A stretch of 64,000 nt of DNA from Naegleria gruberi (Eukaryota): the NCBI GenBank assembly GCA_000004985.1, contig GG738848.1; one strand, written 5' to 3'. The notes beneath the pieces are model-generated. The model saw only the letters and a program-made list of their open reading frames with translations. It was not told the origin of the DNA and ran no database searches. Positions 1-10,507 of the stretch are shown here, piece by piece. Position 1 is the first letter of the stretch; every line of letters starts with the position of its first letter. Position numbers and translations under genes: made by a program.

Positions 1-2344
1 CTACACCCAGTACTTTAGTAATTATGAAGCAGCATTGAATAGTATTAGGGAGGCAGATAAAAATCCAAAAAACAAACGATTTTCTGAATGGTTGAAAAAG
101 ACTGATGATCGTGCTAAGGAACAGGGTCAACAAACTTTTAAACAATTATTGATTCAACCTGTTCAACGTATTCCAGTATGTTTTTTATTATATTCATTTC
201 AGTTTTTAATAACTAACTCATACTCATTTAAATATATATTTAATTGTAAATCATATTCATTTAAATATTTGCATACATGTAAATGATTTGATTTGCCACA
301 TTGTAACTTGTTAATAATTCTATCAAATGCAACTCTGTGAAATGTTGATATATCTATTCGAATGTATTAAATACAGCGTTACAATTTACTTTTATCGGAA
401 GTTTTGAAGAATACACCAAAAACTCATGTCGATTATGAAAATTTGAGAAGTGCATCAGATAAGATGAAAGAAGTTGCAGATCACTTGAATAGACAAATTA
501 CAGAAATTGAAAATAGAAACAAACTAATCAAATTGAAAGAAATTTTCGTTTTGAATAACACAGGCAAAGGTGTCATGACTAATATCGTTGAACCTCATCG
601 TAAATATGTATTTGAAGGAGAGTTACATGTTTTGAGTGAAACTTCATCTATTAACAAGCAGAAGCATTACTTTTTCTTATTTAGTGATATTATGGTTTGT
701 TGTAAGGAAGTTCCAGAAGAATTAAAGAGGAAATTAATTGAAGAAAAAAAGGCAGCTCAACAAAGTCAAGCTAATTCGAAAAAACTTGGAGGTCTCAAAA
801 TATTTTCACGTAAATCGGATGCTGGTAACTCAGATACTGACCATAATCAATTTGGTGCATTTGATGATGATGAAAACGAAATTCCAGATCATTTCTATAC
901 TATAACATTTACAATCAAATTTACTGATAAAATTGGAACGGGTAATACACCTGTCAGTTCACCAATGATGGCTGCCTCCACTCCAACAAGTCCTTCAATG
1001 GAAAGCTCAACCAACGTTGAAGAAATATGGGTCCGTGACTTTTCATTCATGGAAGGACGAAATTTCCAATTCCCAAATATTTTCCAATTGATAACAGGAA
1101 CTGAAACTTATACATTTGAATCAACTGATGCCAAGTCACGTGAGAAATGGGTTAACCATTTGAATAATACTTTGGATGAATTGAAAAAGAAGAAGAAAGA
1201 CACAACCAAAGATCGTGCAAAGGCAAAAGGTTTTCCAGTTGTTATGGTCAACTCGGCAGCTCTTGTTATTCAAGCTCTTGCTCGTGGTAAATTAACAAGA
1301 GGCAAGAAGGGAGACGTTGAAAATAGATTCAAACCTAGAAAGAAGACCACTAAGTTGAACACTAATCCATTAGGTGCTACTTCTCCATCTTCACCTACAG
1401 CTGATTCTATACCTACTGGACCTGTCACAATTGACCATACTGATGTTAATGTGACTGCTCCACCAGAAAAATCACCTAGACCAGTTGAAGAACCAATTGC
1501 AAAAGTTGAAGAACCAGTCACCAAACCAATTACACCACGTGTCATTGATGAAAATCCATCTCAAGAACCAACTAGTGTTATTGATGCTGCCACTATTCCA
1601 CCACAAACAAATGTCGTAGAAGAACCACAAGAAACATCAAAACCAGTAGAAGAACCAAAGCAAGTTGAAGTTGAAAAGCCAGTGGAAGAACCAATTGTGG
1701 AGAAACCAACAGAACCAGTTACAGAGCCATACGAGGACAATACTTCTACCACAACAACAGAAGAGGAACCAAAACCTGTTGAACCTGAAGTTGTGGATTC
1801 AGCAACAGTCGAAGAACCAAAGGTCAAGCAACCTGAAATTGAGGAACCAAAGCAACAAGTTGATCCAGGTATTACAACAACAATTGAAGAACCTGAAGAT
1901 GAAGAACCTGCCACACAGACAACTCCTGAATCAACCAATAATGATGCCATTAAGAAATCTCCTCGTGAATCCATCTCTGACGGTCTGAGATCACCTCTCT
2001 CCAGTCCAAGACTTTACAGAAAGGACAGTAATGAGGAATTCAAATCACCAACCAAAGAAGAAGATGAAGAAGTATACTTTGATGAGGAAGGAAATGTCTT
2101 ACCACCTTGGAAGGTTGAACTCATGAAGAAATTCAAAAAGTCAGGCAAATTCAATGCCATTCTTGCTCAACAAAATGATAACAAGAAGGTTGAAAAGAAG
2201 ATTGACATGCCAAATAAGAAGTTGCAATTAAATGCAATTCGTTCCATGTTTGAGGAGAAGGATAAACTTGCCAAAGAAGAAATGCACACTTTACGAAAGG
2301 CAAAGGAAAGTCCACAAAATACTTCATCTTCCTCTTTGAAATAA
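1..2344 (+). CDS. RhoGEF (DH-PH) protein, 5' end outside window. Exons 1..175 (partial) and 377..2344, intron 176..376 (GTATGT..AG). C-terminal PVEEP/PEVK-like low-complexity tail.
   Basis: Splicing exon 1 to exon 2 yields LLIQPVQRIP|RYNLLLSEVLKNT, the conserved end of a DH domain. It is followed by a PH-like segment (RKYVFEGELHVL...HYFFLFSDIMVCC). Frame continuity was checked across the junction. Confidence 0.7.
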
Positions 2345-2449
2345 ATGTTTATTACAATTTTAAAATAATTCAATGTAATATATTCTAATATTAGTCTTTG
2401 ATGATTCAAGAACCAATACTATTTGTAATAGTGTTCATTGAATTTACAA

Positions 2450-5400
2450 TTATTGTCTCTTGTATTTGATGATATATTCAGGATAGCACTGATATCTATC
2501 ATAGACAATCAATTCTCTATATGAATTACTTGTAGTATTTGATTGGCCAATCACACTATCAAAGACTCTTCTATTCTTTCCAACAATTTCTGGAGGTCTT
2601 CTTTGATTGGTCATTCCTTGGGGTGTGAAATAGACTTGTCTTCCCAAAACAACTCTACACAGGAATATAGTATATTCCTTATTAAGGTCTGGAGTGCAAT
2701 ATTGGTCACTCTTTGAACAATACTCAGCAAAATAAACTCCAGCTCCAAATAAACCACCCAAACTTGCAACTCTTTCATCAAATCCATGTTCTGAAATGGT
2801 TGAAACAAATTCAGGTTTTGTTCCGTGCCATAAGTACTTTTCATTCATTCCACTATTCAATCCAACTGTTTTCATCCATTCGTAGGATTTGCTTGTTTTT
2901 GGCAATAGTTCTGTTTGAACTTGGATTGTCTTGATAGGATCTTGATAAGATGTCAAATGATTCATTCTTGATTTGTATGAAGTGAAAAGTGTTGCATTTT
3001 CAATTCTTGAAACACTTGAAACAATTAATTTGGAATAATTCATTTTCACTTGTTGATCTCTACCAGTTCCAAGTGTTGCAGAATTACATGAAACATTGAC
3101 AATATCTTGAATGGTATTTTTCAAATATTTTGTAACATCCACAATGTAAAATCTTTTAGAATAGGATGTGAATGTATTTCTCTTCCAATAACTTGGCAAG
3201 ACAATATTCAATTGTCTAGATTTGGATTCTTCCAATTCCTTTTCCATGTCTTGTAATTTCTTTTCCTTACTTTTCAATCTGCTAATTTGATTTGTAATTT
3301 CTTCTCTTTCCTTAACACTTTGATTGGTGAATTCCTTTGTTTTCTGTTCAAGTTTCTTGATTTCTTGTGTGAGATTGGATTTATCTTGTTTGAGATTGAA
3401 TTTAACTTGATTCAATTGTTTTTCATATTCCTTCAATTGTTTTGATTGATTTGAAATGGATTTGACTTGTTCTTGAACTTTGATTTCATCCAAGAGAGTA
3501 TCCTTCAAAAAGAATTCACAAACAAGAGCATCTGATGCAAATGGTCTGTCATTTGGATCATTAGTCATACATTGTTGAACTAGAGTATTCAATGATGAGT
3601 AAGTATTCAATTCTTGAGCAGTCATACAATTCTTGATGGTTTTTCCAAATGCAAACATATCTGATTTGAATGTTGCTGATTGACCATTCATTAATTCAGG
3701 TGATAGATAGTCATATGTTCCAGAAACAGAAGTTCTAGTGTACAAATTCATTGTTCTACTTTGAACATCCAAACTAACATCAAAATCTCCCAAAATAATT
3801 GGATATAGACCATTGTTACATTCTCCAACAAATATATTCTCAGGTTTGATATCACAATGAATGACACCTCTGGAATGAATATGTTGAATGGCAATTAATA
3901 CTTGTCTCCATGTTCTTTCCCAAAAAAGTACTTCTAATTTGGTGGATTTTCTTTGTTTTTCAAGAAATTCCTTCAAATTACCATTCGAATAATATGGCAT
4001 TACAATATAAACATTGTTGGTGGAATGGCTATTATCATTAGACATGTAAAATCCTTCAATTTCAATAATATTGTTATGTTTCAACTTTTTTGTAATCTTG
4101 AGTTCTTTTTGTAAACTTTCCAATTTTTTGTTATCCTTGATTGAATATTGTTTAATGATATGTTTCTTATCGTTAATATCAGTTCCAATAAACAAGTGAT
4201 GATTTCCATTCCAATCTTGAATTGGCTTAATTTCTTTGAATAAATCGGCTGACATTTCTTCAATATTCATTGTGGATGCAATACTTGATGACAGGATTGA
4301 CTCAACATTGAATCCAATAGTTTTCAATTGGAGGAACTTCAACTTGATTTCATTTGTCTGTTCAATACATTCCTTGAGTACTTTCTTTTTTTCTTGTAAG
4401 GTTGTTTCCTTTTCTTTAATTTCATCCTCAATTTGCATGGATTCAGTCTTGTTTGTAACATGTACTAATTCATCTCTCAATCCATCAATGTCAAGTTTAA
4501 TAATGGTCAATTCTCTTGTTACTCTTGCTTTCTTTCTTTGTAAAGCAGAATATTGTTCTGTCAATTGCTTGTAATCATTCATAATGTTTACAATATTTTG
4601 CAATTGTTCATGTTGTTCAATAATGAATGGAATGGTTTCTTGAATGAGCTTGTTTCCATTATTAAATTGATTTTGATAATCACAATAAATTTGATAAATT
4701 CCAATTTGAACTAGTTCAGGAAGCAAATTTTTAGTATTAGAAATTGCTTTTTGTAATTCCAATTCCTCCTTTGAAAGCATTTCCATTGCAATCTCTAAAT
4801 TATTTGCAATTCCATTCAAATTAACACTTGTGGCATTATTAATGGATGATGCAATATTTTGTAATTGAGTTGAAATATTTTGTAAAACATTTTTGGATTT
4901 TCCTTCATAATTTGAATCTGTAGTTGAACCATTTAAACTTTTAAGTGTTTTTTGAATTTTTTCAATTGTTAATTCCTTATTTAGGTTATCATTAGCATTG
5001 TAATATTGTAATTGATCTTGATTCAAGTAATTTTGAACAAATTCATCAAATATTTGTAATTTTTCATCTAATGCTTGAATATAGCTATTCAATTGAATTA
5101 AATAATTTTCTGAATTAATTCTTTCTACTATATTTGTAATATTTAACATGTCATTATTAATTAAAGCCACATGTTCAACATTTTCAATATCACACTTATT
5201 ATTCATCAATCTATCATTAATAGTTGAACAACATTCGGATAAAACTCCATTAATTTTCGAATAAACTTGTTGTAGCTCAGTATCAAATGATAATTGATCT
5301 GAAAGTGGAATTACCGAATTCAATTGAGAAGTTACTTGTTTTCTATATTGAGAAACTTTCTCATTCAATGAACACAACTCTGTGAAAACTTGAAATACTG

Positions 5401-6571
5401 AAAGGAAAGTTTGTTTCTTTTCCTTTTCAATTCTTTCCTGTTCAAGTCTTTCGTTTTCAATTCTTTCTTGTTCGAATCTTATTTGATCAGCACGTTCCTT
5501 TTCAAGTCTCTTCTTTTCCAACATTTCTTTTGTAATTCTTTCCTTTTCAATTCTTTCCTTTTCGAGTTTGTCGACTTCTTGTTTAATTATGGAAATTGAT
5601 TTTCCATTAATTTTTAAATTGTTATCAACAACGATATTTGGGGAAGCAAGTAGCAATTTGACAATTTCTAAATTTCCTTTTTGGCAAGCAATAAACAAAG
5701 GAGTGAACTATATATGGTAATATAACTAAATTAATAAATTAAATTTACTTACATTCTAATAAAAATTAGTAAAAAATTTAAATAATAATTGATTGCTTAC
5801 ATTCTATAATGATACATTGAGTATTGAAATATTTCAAATAAATTTTTACTTACATACTAAAATTAATTAATTAAAAAAAATTAATAAAAAATTTTTACTT
5901 ACTCGCTATTTAAATTTTAAATAAAATTAAAAAATAATTAAATACTCACATCCTAATAAACAATATTAAAAAATCAATTAAATTTTACTTACAAACTAAA
6001 TAATATTAACATGTAAATAATAAAATATTATTACTTACAAACTATTATTTTAAAAATTATAAATTTTAAAAATTAAAGCACTTACTCTCTAATAATTATT
6101 TAATACATTTAAAATTAAGTATATTAAGTAATACCTACTTCCTATATAAATATTAAATAAAAAATCGACCATGTAAAATACTTACATACTAAAAATGGAA
6201 TTAAATAAAAAAATAAAATTTTTAACTTACAGTCTATTAAAAATTAAATAAACATTTAAATATAAAACACTCACACCCTACCATCATTAATATATCCAAT
6301 ACATTCACTTCATAACTACTTACACACTAAAAATGTCAACTGTCAACACAATAAATCAAATACTCACACCCTTGTTCACATTAATTTCTGCATAATTCAA
6401 CAATAATTTAACAATTTCCACGCGTCCATTTTCACAAGCATTATACAACATTGTCTTTCCTATTTTTCCATTAGAATATTCATTGATATCTGCTTTTTTA
6501 AACCATTGTTTAAATTCCTTGACATTTCCTGTGGAGGCAGCATCAAGTGCGTTCTCAAAGTTTTTGGACAT
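2450..6571 (-). CDS. Ankyrin-repeat / coiled-coil / protein-kinase-like / tankyrase-like PARP catalytic domain protein. Exons 6571..6368 and 5707..2450, about 1153 aa.
   Basis: Exon 1 reads MSKNF...VEIVKLLLNYAEINVNKG. Exon 2 reads FTPLFIACQKGNLEIVKLLL..., and the junction completes a 33-aa ankyrin repeat. The kinase region has HCDIKPEN, DFD and SPE motifs but a degenerate glycine loop. The C-terminus is WHGTKPEF..GFDERVASLGGLFGAGVYFAEYCSKSDQYC...YRELIVYD...YPEYIIKYK, a PARP fold closest to tankyrase with the catalytic Glu retained. Confidence 0.75.
5708..6367 (-). repeat. Intronic tandem array of 13 units, each about 47 nt (43–54). On the minus strand every unit is AT-rich spacer, then TAG, three nucleotides, then GTAAGT or GTGAGT. 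This is a chain of mini-introns separated by 3-nt microexon-like triplets.
   Basis: Read directly on the plus strand as ACTTAC/ACTCAC + NNN + CTA at 5747, 5798, 5847, 5896, 5944, 5988, 6033, 6081, 6135, 6180, 6227, 6270 and 6319. The true exon-1 donor at 6363 has the same form. All 13 have exactly 3 nt between AG and GT. Confidence 0.8.
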
Positions 6572-6807
6572 TTTTTTGATCTTGTTGAGCACTCATTCGA
6601 GTAGTAAAGATTATACACAAGATAACACTTCGTTTACTACTGTCAGATCACGTTTCGAGTTGATGGTTGATGGAATGGTTTCTAGAAAAGGAAGATCATG
6701 CCATAATACTTGGAAAAATCTAAATTGTTTTTTACAATGTAAATATTCTTCAAAATAATGTTCGAGTGGAATAGCTGATAAAGAGAATTCAATAAATAAT
6801 TATTTAT

Positions 6808-8349
6808 TCAATGTCCAAAATATTCAATATCCAGCAAGAAGAGAGAAGACATTATAAGTGTTCTCTCAAAGGGAGTGGTTTCCATTAGGAAATTCACCTT
6901 AATATAATCAGGAGTGTAACCTTTCAATTCATAATCTGAATTGAATTTATGAGTGATTGTTGCTACATTCTCTCCCTCAATATTTCTCACTTGAAATTGA
7001 TCTAAAACATGCTTTTCACTTGGTTCTTCCTTTTTTCCATTTGATTTATGTTTTGTAATGATAAATAAGGTTGCATATTTGTACTTGTCATGACTGGATA
7101 AATTACCATTCGCTTGCTTTTTCACACCTTCAACAGTTTGAATCAAATATTGAGTTCTGAGAGAGTAGCTCTTTTTCATAACTCTTCCCAAATCTCTTCC
7201 ACTCTTTGGTTCAATAATTTCCAATTCTGTGGAGAATAAATGATAGGGATGAATCAAATCAATGACACGATAGCTTTGTACTGAGGGTTTGTGAAGTCCA
7301 TGCAATTGATCGAGGAAGGAAAGTTTATCCTCTCTCAAAAGTGGACTTGGATCCATCATGGATTGATTCTCTAGTCTGTCCATTTCATTTTGAGTATAAT
7401 ACATGGACGCTTTAAATTGACGCTTGTGTCCATAGGTTTCAAATTCTTGAGCTGTAGAAGTTTCGAACGCTTCACATTTGAGCCCATTATTCAATTTAAC
7501 AATATACTCATTTCCAAACTCTTCTTTTGGACTTGTCATTGTTTGAGTATGCATCATGGTTGTGTTGGCTGTTGTCATTGAACGATTGTTATGTGTTGGA
7601 TTTCTTCTCTTCTTTCTGTATAATCTAATTTTTGTAACATTATTGAGAATGGCATAGAAAATATCCCTTCTCTCCCTCAAGATTGAATCCAATAGAATGA
7701 TATTCTCTCTTGTAGTGCCTCTCTTCTTCTTACTTGTCATATTTTCAATGAGTCCTGATTCTATGGTATGTGATTGTTGATTCAATTTGTTTATAGCTGA
7801 TGATCCAATTGAAAGATTGGTGCTGCTTGTACTAATTGTTGATGGAGAGGAGCTGACTGAAGAACAAGCTGAAGTTGCATTTGATGCTGCAGCAGAATGG
7901 GAGGAAACTTTCATGATTGAGAAGTGGTTATTCTCTACCGGTGGTATCTGAACATTAAGATTCTTCTTTTTGTTTTCAATGTTTGTTATTGAAGCGCTCT
8001 TTGGAGGTATTTGAAGAGGTGGTCTATTGTTTTGAGGATCTTGTACATTAGTTGAGTTTCCAATATTTGGAATTGTTGTATTTGGAGCAATTAAGAGTTG
8101 TTGAGAATCTTCAGTTGGTGGAGTCTTAACAAAACTCAAATGTTTGGAAAGTTTTCTTGTATGGAGGAGTGGATTGGGATTTCCTTCTCTTGTTGCATTG
8201 TTTATAATTGTTACGTCTCCTCTATTGTCCAACAATGAATTCCCAAATATAGTGCTCGGTTGAGTTGTAGTCAATTGACCACATCCAAGCATAAGTGAAT
8301 GTGGTGTTTGATTTAAATTAGGTTGTCTGTAGATTTGGAGTGGTTCCAT
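6808..8349 (-). CDS. Hypothetical Ser/Thr/Asn-rich protein with a basic stretch, 513 aa.
   Basis: Long ORF with an A-rich Kozak context (aaaATGG). No recognisable domain. Confidence 0.5.
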   Translation of the reverse strand: MEPLQIYRQPNLNQTPHSLMLGCGQLTTTQPSTIFGNSLLDNRGDVTIINNATREGNPNPLLHTRKLSKHLSFVKTPPTEDSQQLLIAPNTTIPNIGNSTNVQDPQNNRPPLQIPPKSASITNIENKKKNLNVQIPPVENNHFSIMKVSSHSAAASNATSACSSVSSSPSTISTSSTNLSIGSSAINKLNQQSHTIESGLIENMTSKKKRGTTRENIILLDSILRERRDIFYAILNNVTKIRLYRKKRRNPTHNNRSMTTANTTMMHTQTMTSPKEEFGNEYIVKLNNGLKCEAFETSTAQEFETYGHKRQFKASMYYTQNEMDRLENQSMMDPSPLLREDKLSFLDQLHGLHKPSVQSYRVIDLIHPYHLFSTELEIIEPKSGRDLGRVMKKSYSLRTQYLIQTVEGVKKQANGNLSSHDKYKYATLFIITKHKSNGKKEEPSEKHVLDQFQVRNIEGENVATITHKFNSDYELKGYTPDYIKVNFLMETTPFERTLIMSSLFLLDIEYFGH

Positions 8350-8525
8350 TTTGTTTAACTGGTAAATAGTCGTTTAAATGAATTGTTCATTCTTGTATTA
8401 ATCAAAATGATTCTCTGTGATCTAGACTTTATTCAAGCTAAACCGTGTTCTACAATAATTTTCCTCTAAATTGAAGTAGTATAAATAAGTACAAAATCCA
8501 AAAATGTTTTAAAATTTTAACAATG

Positions 8526-9755
8526 TTAAAAGAGACCAAATCTTGTCAATTTTTTGGCCTTCTTTACACTATCAATACCTTTGTCAATATGGTTGTTGGC
8601 TGTTTCTACATTTTCTAGCATTGAATCCAATGTTTCTTGGTTCTCAATAATTATACTGTGCATGTCTTGATACATTCCGTGGAGTTCTGTGTAATCTGTT
8701 TCGAGTCTCTTTAAATCTTCGTGGGTTTCTTTGGCTATGGCTGTTTCTACATCTATAGTGTTCTTGTCCCATTGACTGAGGACAAACTTTTCCTTTTGTT
8801 GTTGTACTTGAACTTGTTGTTGTTGACCTCCATCAACTTCAAAGTTGTCATTCAAATCTGAGCTTGTTGATGGTTTCTTCTTTTCATAAATATCTTTAGT
8901 ATTCTCGCTAATAATCTTCTTATATGAGGCATTATTCAAAATTTTGGTAAATTTAGGTTTCTCTTCATTGTATTGTCTCAAAATTTTATCTGTTATAGAA
9001 TTCTTGGTAACTGTCTTGAAATAGGAATCCAACATTTTTTGGAGATCTTTCAGACGCTTGGTATGTTTGAGAATATCGTTTGTCATACGTTGTTGTGAAC
9101 TTGCTTTCTTTCCAAAATTATCCAATAATTTTTGTGTATTCATTGTGACTTTGATAAATTCCTCAATGGCAACTACAGCATCCTCATAAGAGTTGACAGA
9201 GTCTAATTCTTTGTTATCGTCATCATCCTCTTCATCAACATTTGGTGATTCATTGGAAACATATTCCAAATCATTATCTAATGAAGATTCATTAACAGCC
9301 AATCCATTAATTGTCAACTTCTTTTTTGTTTTAGCAGTCTTTGAACCAATCGATTTCAATCCTTGTTTAAATGTTTTCTTTTGAGTAATAGAGTTGAGAA
9401 TATCCTCAAGTTCTACTTGAGACATTCCTGTTTCCTTCTTTGCAATCACCATAACCATTGGTAATAAATAACTTTCTAATTTAGTCCAATCGGAGAGAAT
9501 TTCTGACCAATCATCAGACTCTGCAACTATAATTTTCTTCCCACTAAATGTTGACCTTTGGTCTAGGAAGGCTTCAGTCTTTATCAATATAACTCTATAA
9601 TTCAATCCACTTGGTTTTGAAAACAATCCTCTCTTAGCCTGTTGCAGAATCATAAAATCATTTTCATAACGAACCGTTTTTCCAAGAGCTGAAACAGCCT
9701 CTACCGTTGAAAAACTACTATTTGTTGAAATTTGTGGTGGGCAATATATGACCAT
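8526..9755 (-). CDS. Syntaxin-like t-SNARE protein. The C-terminal coiled-coil SNARE motif is followed by a hydrophobic tail.
   Basis: C-terminus is ...IDVETAIAKETHEDLKRLETDYTELHGMYQDMHSIIIENQETLDSMLENVETANNHIDKGIDSVKKAKKL, a heptad pattern with a central Q. ATG lies in an A-rich context. Confidence 0.55.
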   Translation of the reverse strand: MVIYCPPQISTNSSFSTVEAVSALGKTVRYENDFMILQQAKRGLFSKPSGLNYRVILIKTEAFLDQRSTFSGKKIIVAESDDWSEILSDWTKLESYLLPMVMVIAKKETGMSQVELEDILNSITQKKTFKQGLKSIGSKTAKTKKKLTINGLAVNESSLDNDLEYVSNESPNVDEEDDDDNKELDSVNSYEDAVVAIEEFIKVTMNTQKLLDNFGKKASSQQRMTNDILKHTKRLKDLQKMLDSYFKTVTKNSITDKILRQYNEEKPKFTKILNNASYKKIISENTKDIYEKKKPSTSSDLNDNFEVDGGQQQQVQVQQQKEKFVLSQWDKNTIDVETAIAKETHEDLKRLETDYTELHGMYQDMHSIIIENQETLDSMLENVETANNHIDKGIDSVKKAKKLTRFGLF

Positions 9756-10507
9756 TTTCTTTTCTGTACAAAATTGTTATATTATAATACTATATTAAAT
9801 ATTATTATTATTAATTATTAGTTATATTTGATGATGAACGTTTGTTCTAACAACTCTCCGGGTTCAAAGTCTTGGAAAAAAATCTAGGAAAAAATTTGTG
9901 ATGACGGAGTTGAGAGTTTTTTTTATGTGATGTGTAATCTTTCGATCCAGATGAGAATTCGTTAGTAACAAACGACTAGTCTTGATTTATTTGGAATTAT
10001 GATTTAAGGAGTTCTATTTGGGTTGAATTTTGTTGAATTATGTGAATTTTTTTGTAAGCTATTTAGTTTTAATAACAAATAAGATCTGAAAATGATTTAA
10101 CCCAACTCAAATATGAAAGAGTTTTGATTTTTTGAATCATTAAGATTTTACGAGAGACGTTTGATTTTCAAGTTGTTATCACAAAGACGATTTAAATCGT
10201 CCAGTATCGTTTCTTTTTTTATAAGGAAGTTTAACATTAGTTTTTGTGTTAGGCTTAAAACGTTAAAATATCTTAAGCTTGTCAACCTCAAGAAGTATTC
10301 AAGTATCAATCATTAGTTACATAATCTTCAACTATTTAATCTTCTGCCATATAATCAAAGTAGATACATTTTCGTATTCCCAGGTACCACTTCATTGCTC
10401 AAGCATATTCCACTCTTTTAGAAATGAAACCAAGAATCCAGATCTTTCAATCCAAATCTTCAGTAATTGAAACTATTAGTATTTAAACCTCTACAGTAAA
10501 TTTAGCA

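Noticed and set aside
1270-1988. Track ORFs at 1270..1545(-), 1561..1974(-) and 1665..1988(+) inside the RhoGEF gene
   Set aside because: They are antisense or alternative-frame readings of the repetitive PVEEP/PEVK-like coding tail. Their low-complexity composition (S/G/T or Q/N runs) is typical of frame artefacts.
6590-6770. Three copies of TTCGAGT(N)G at 6596, 6655 and 6762, upstream of the ankyrin–kinase–PARP gene
   Set aside because: The motif is short at 7–8 nt and I did not check its genome-wide frequency. A chance occurrence cannot be excluded.
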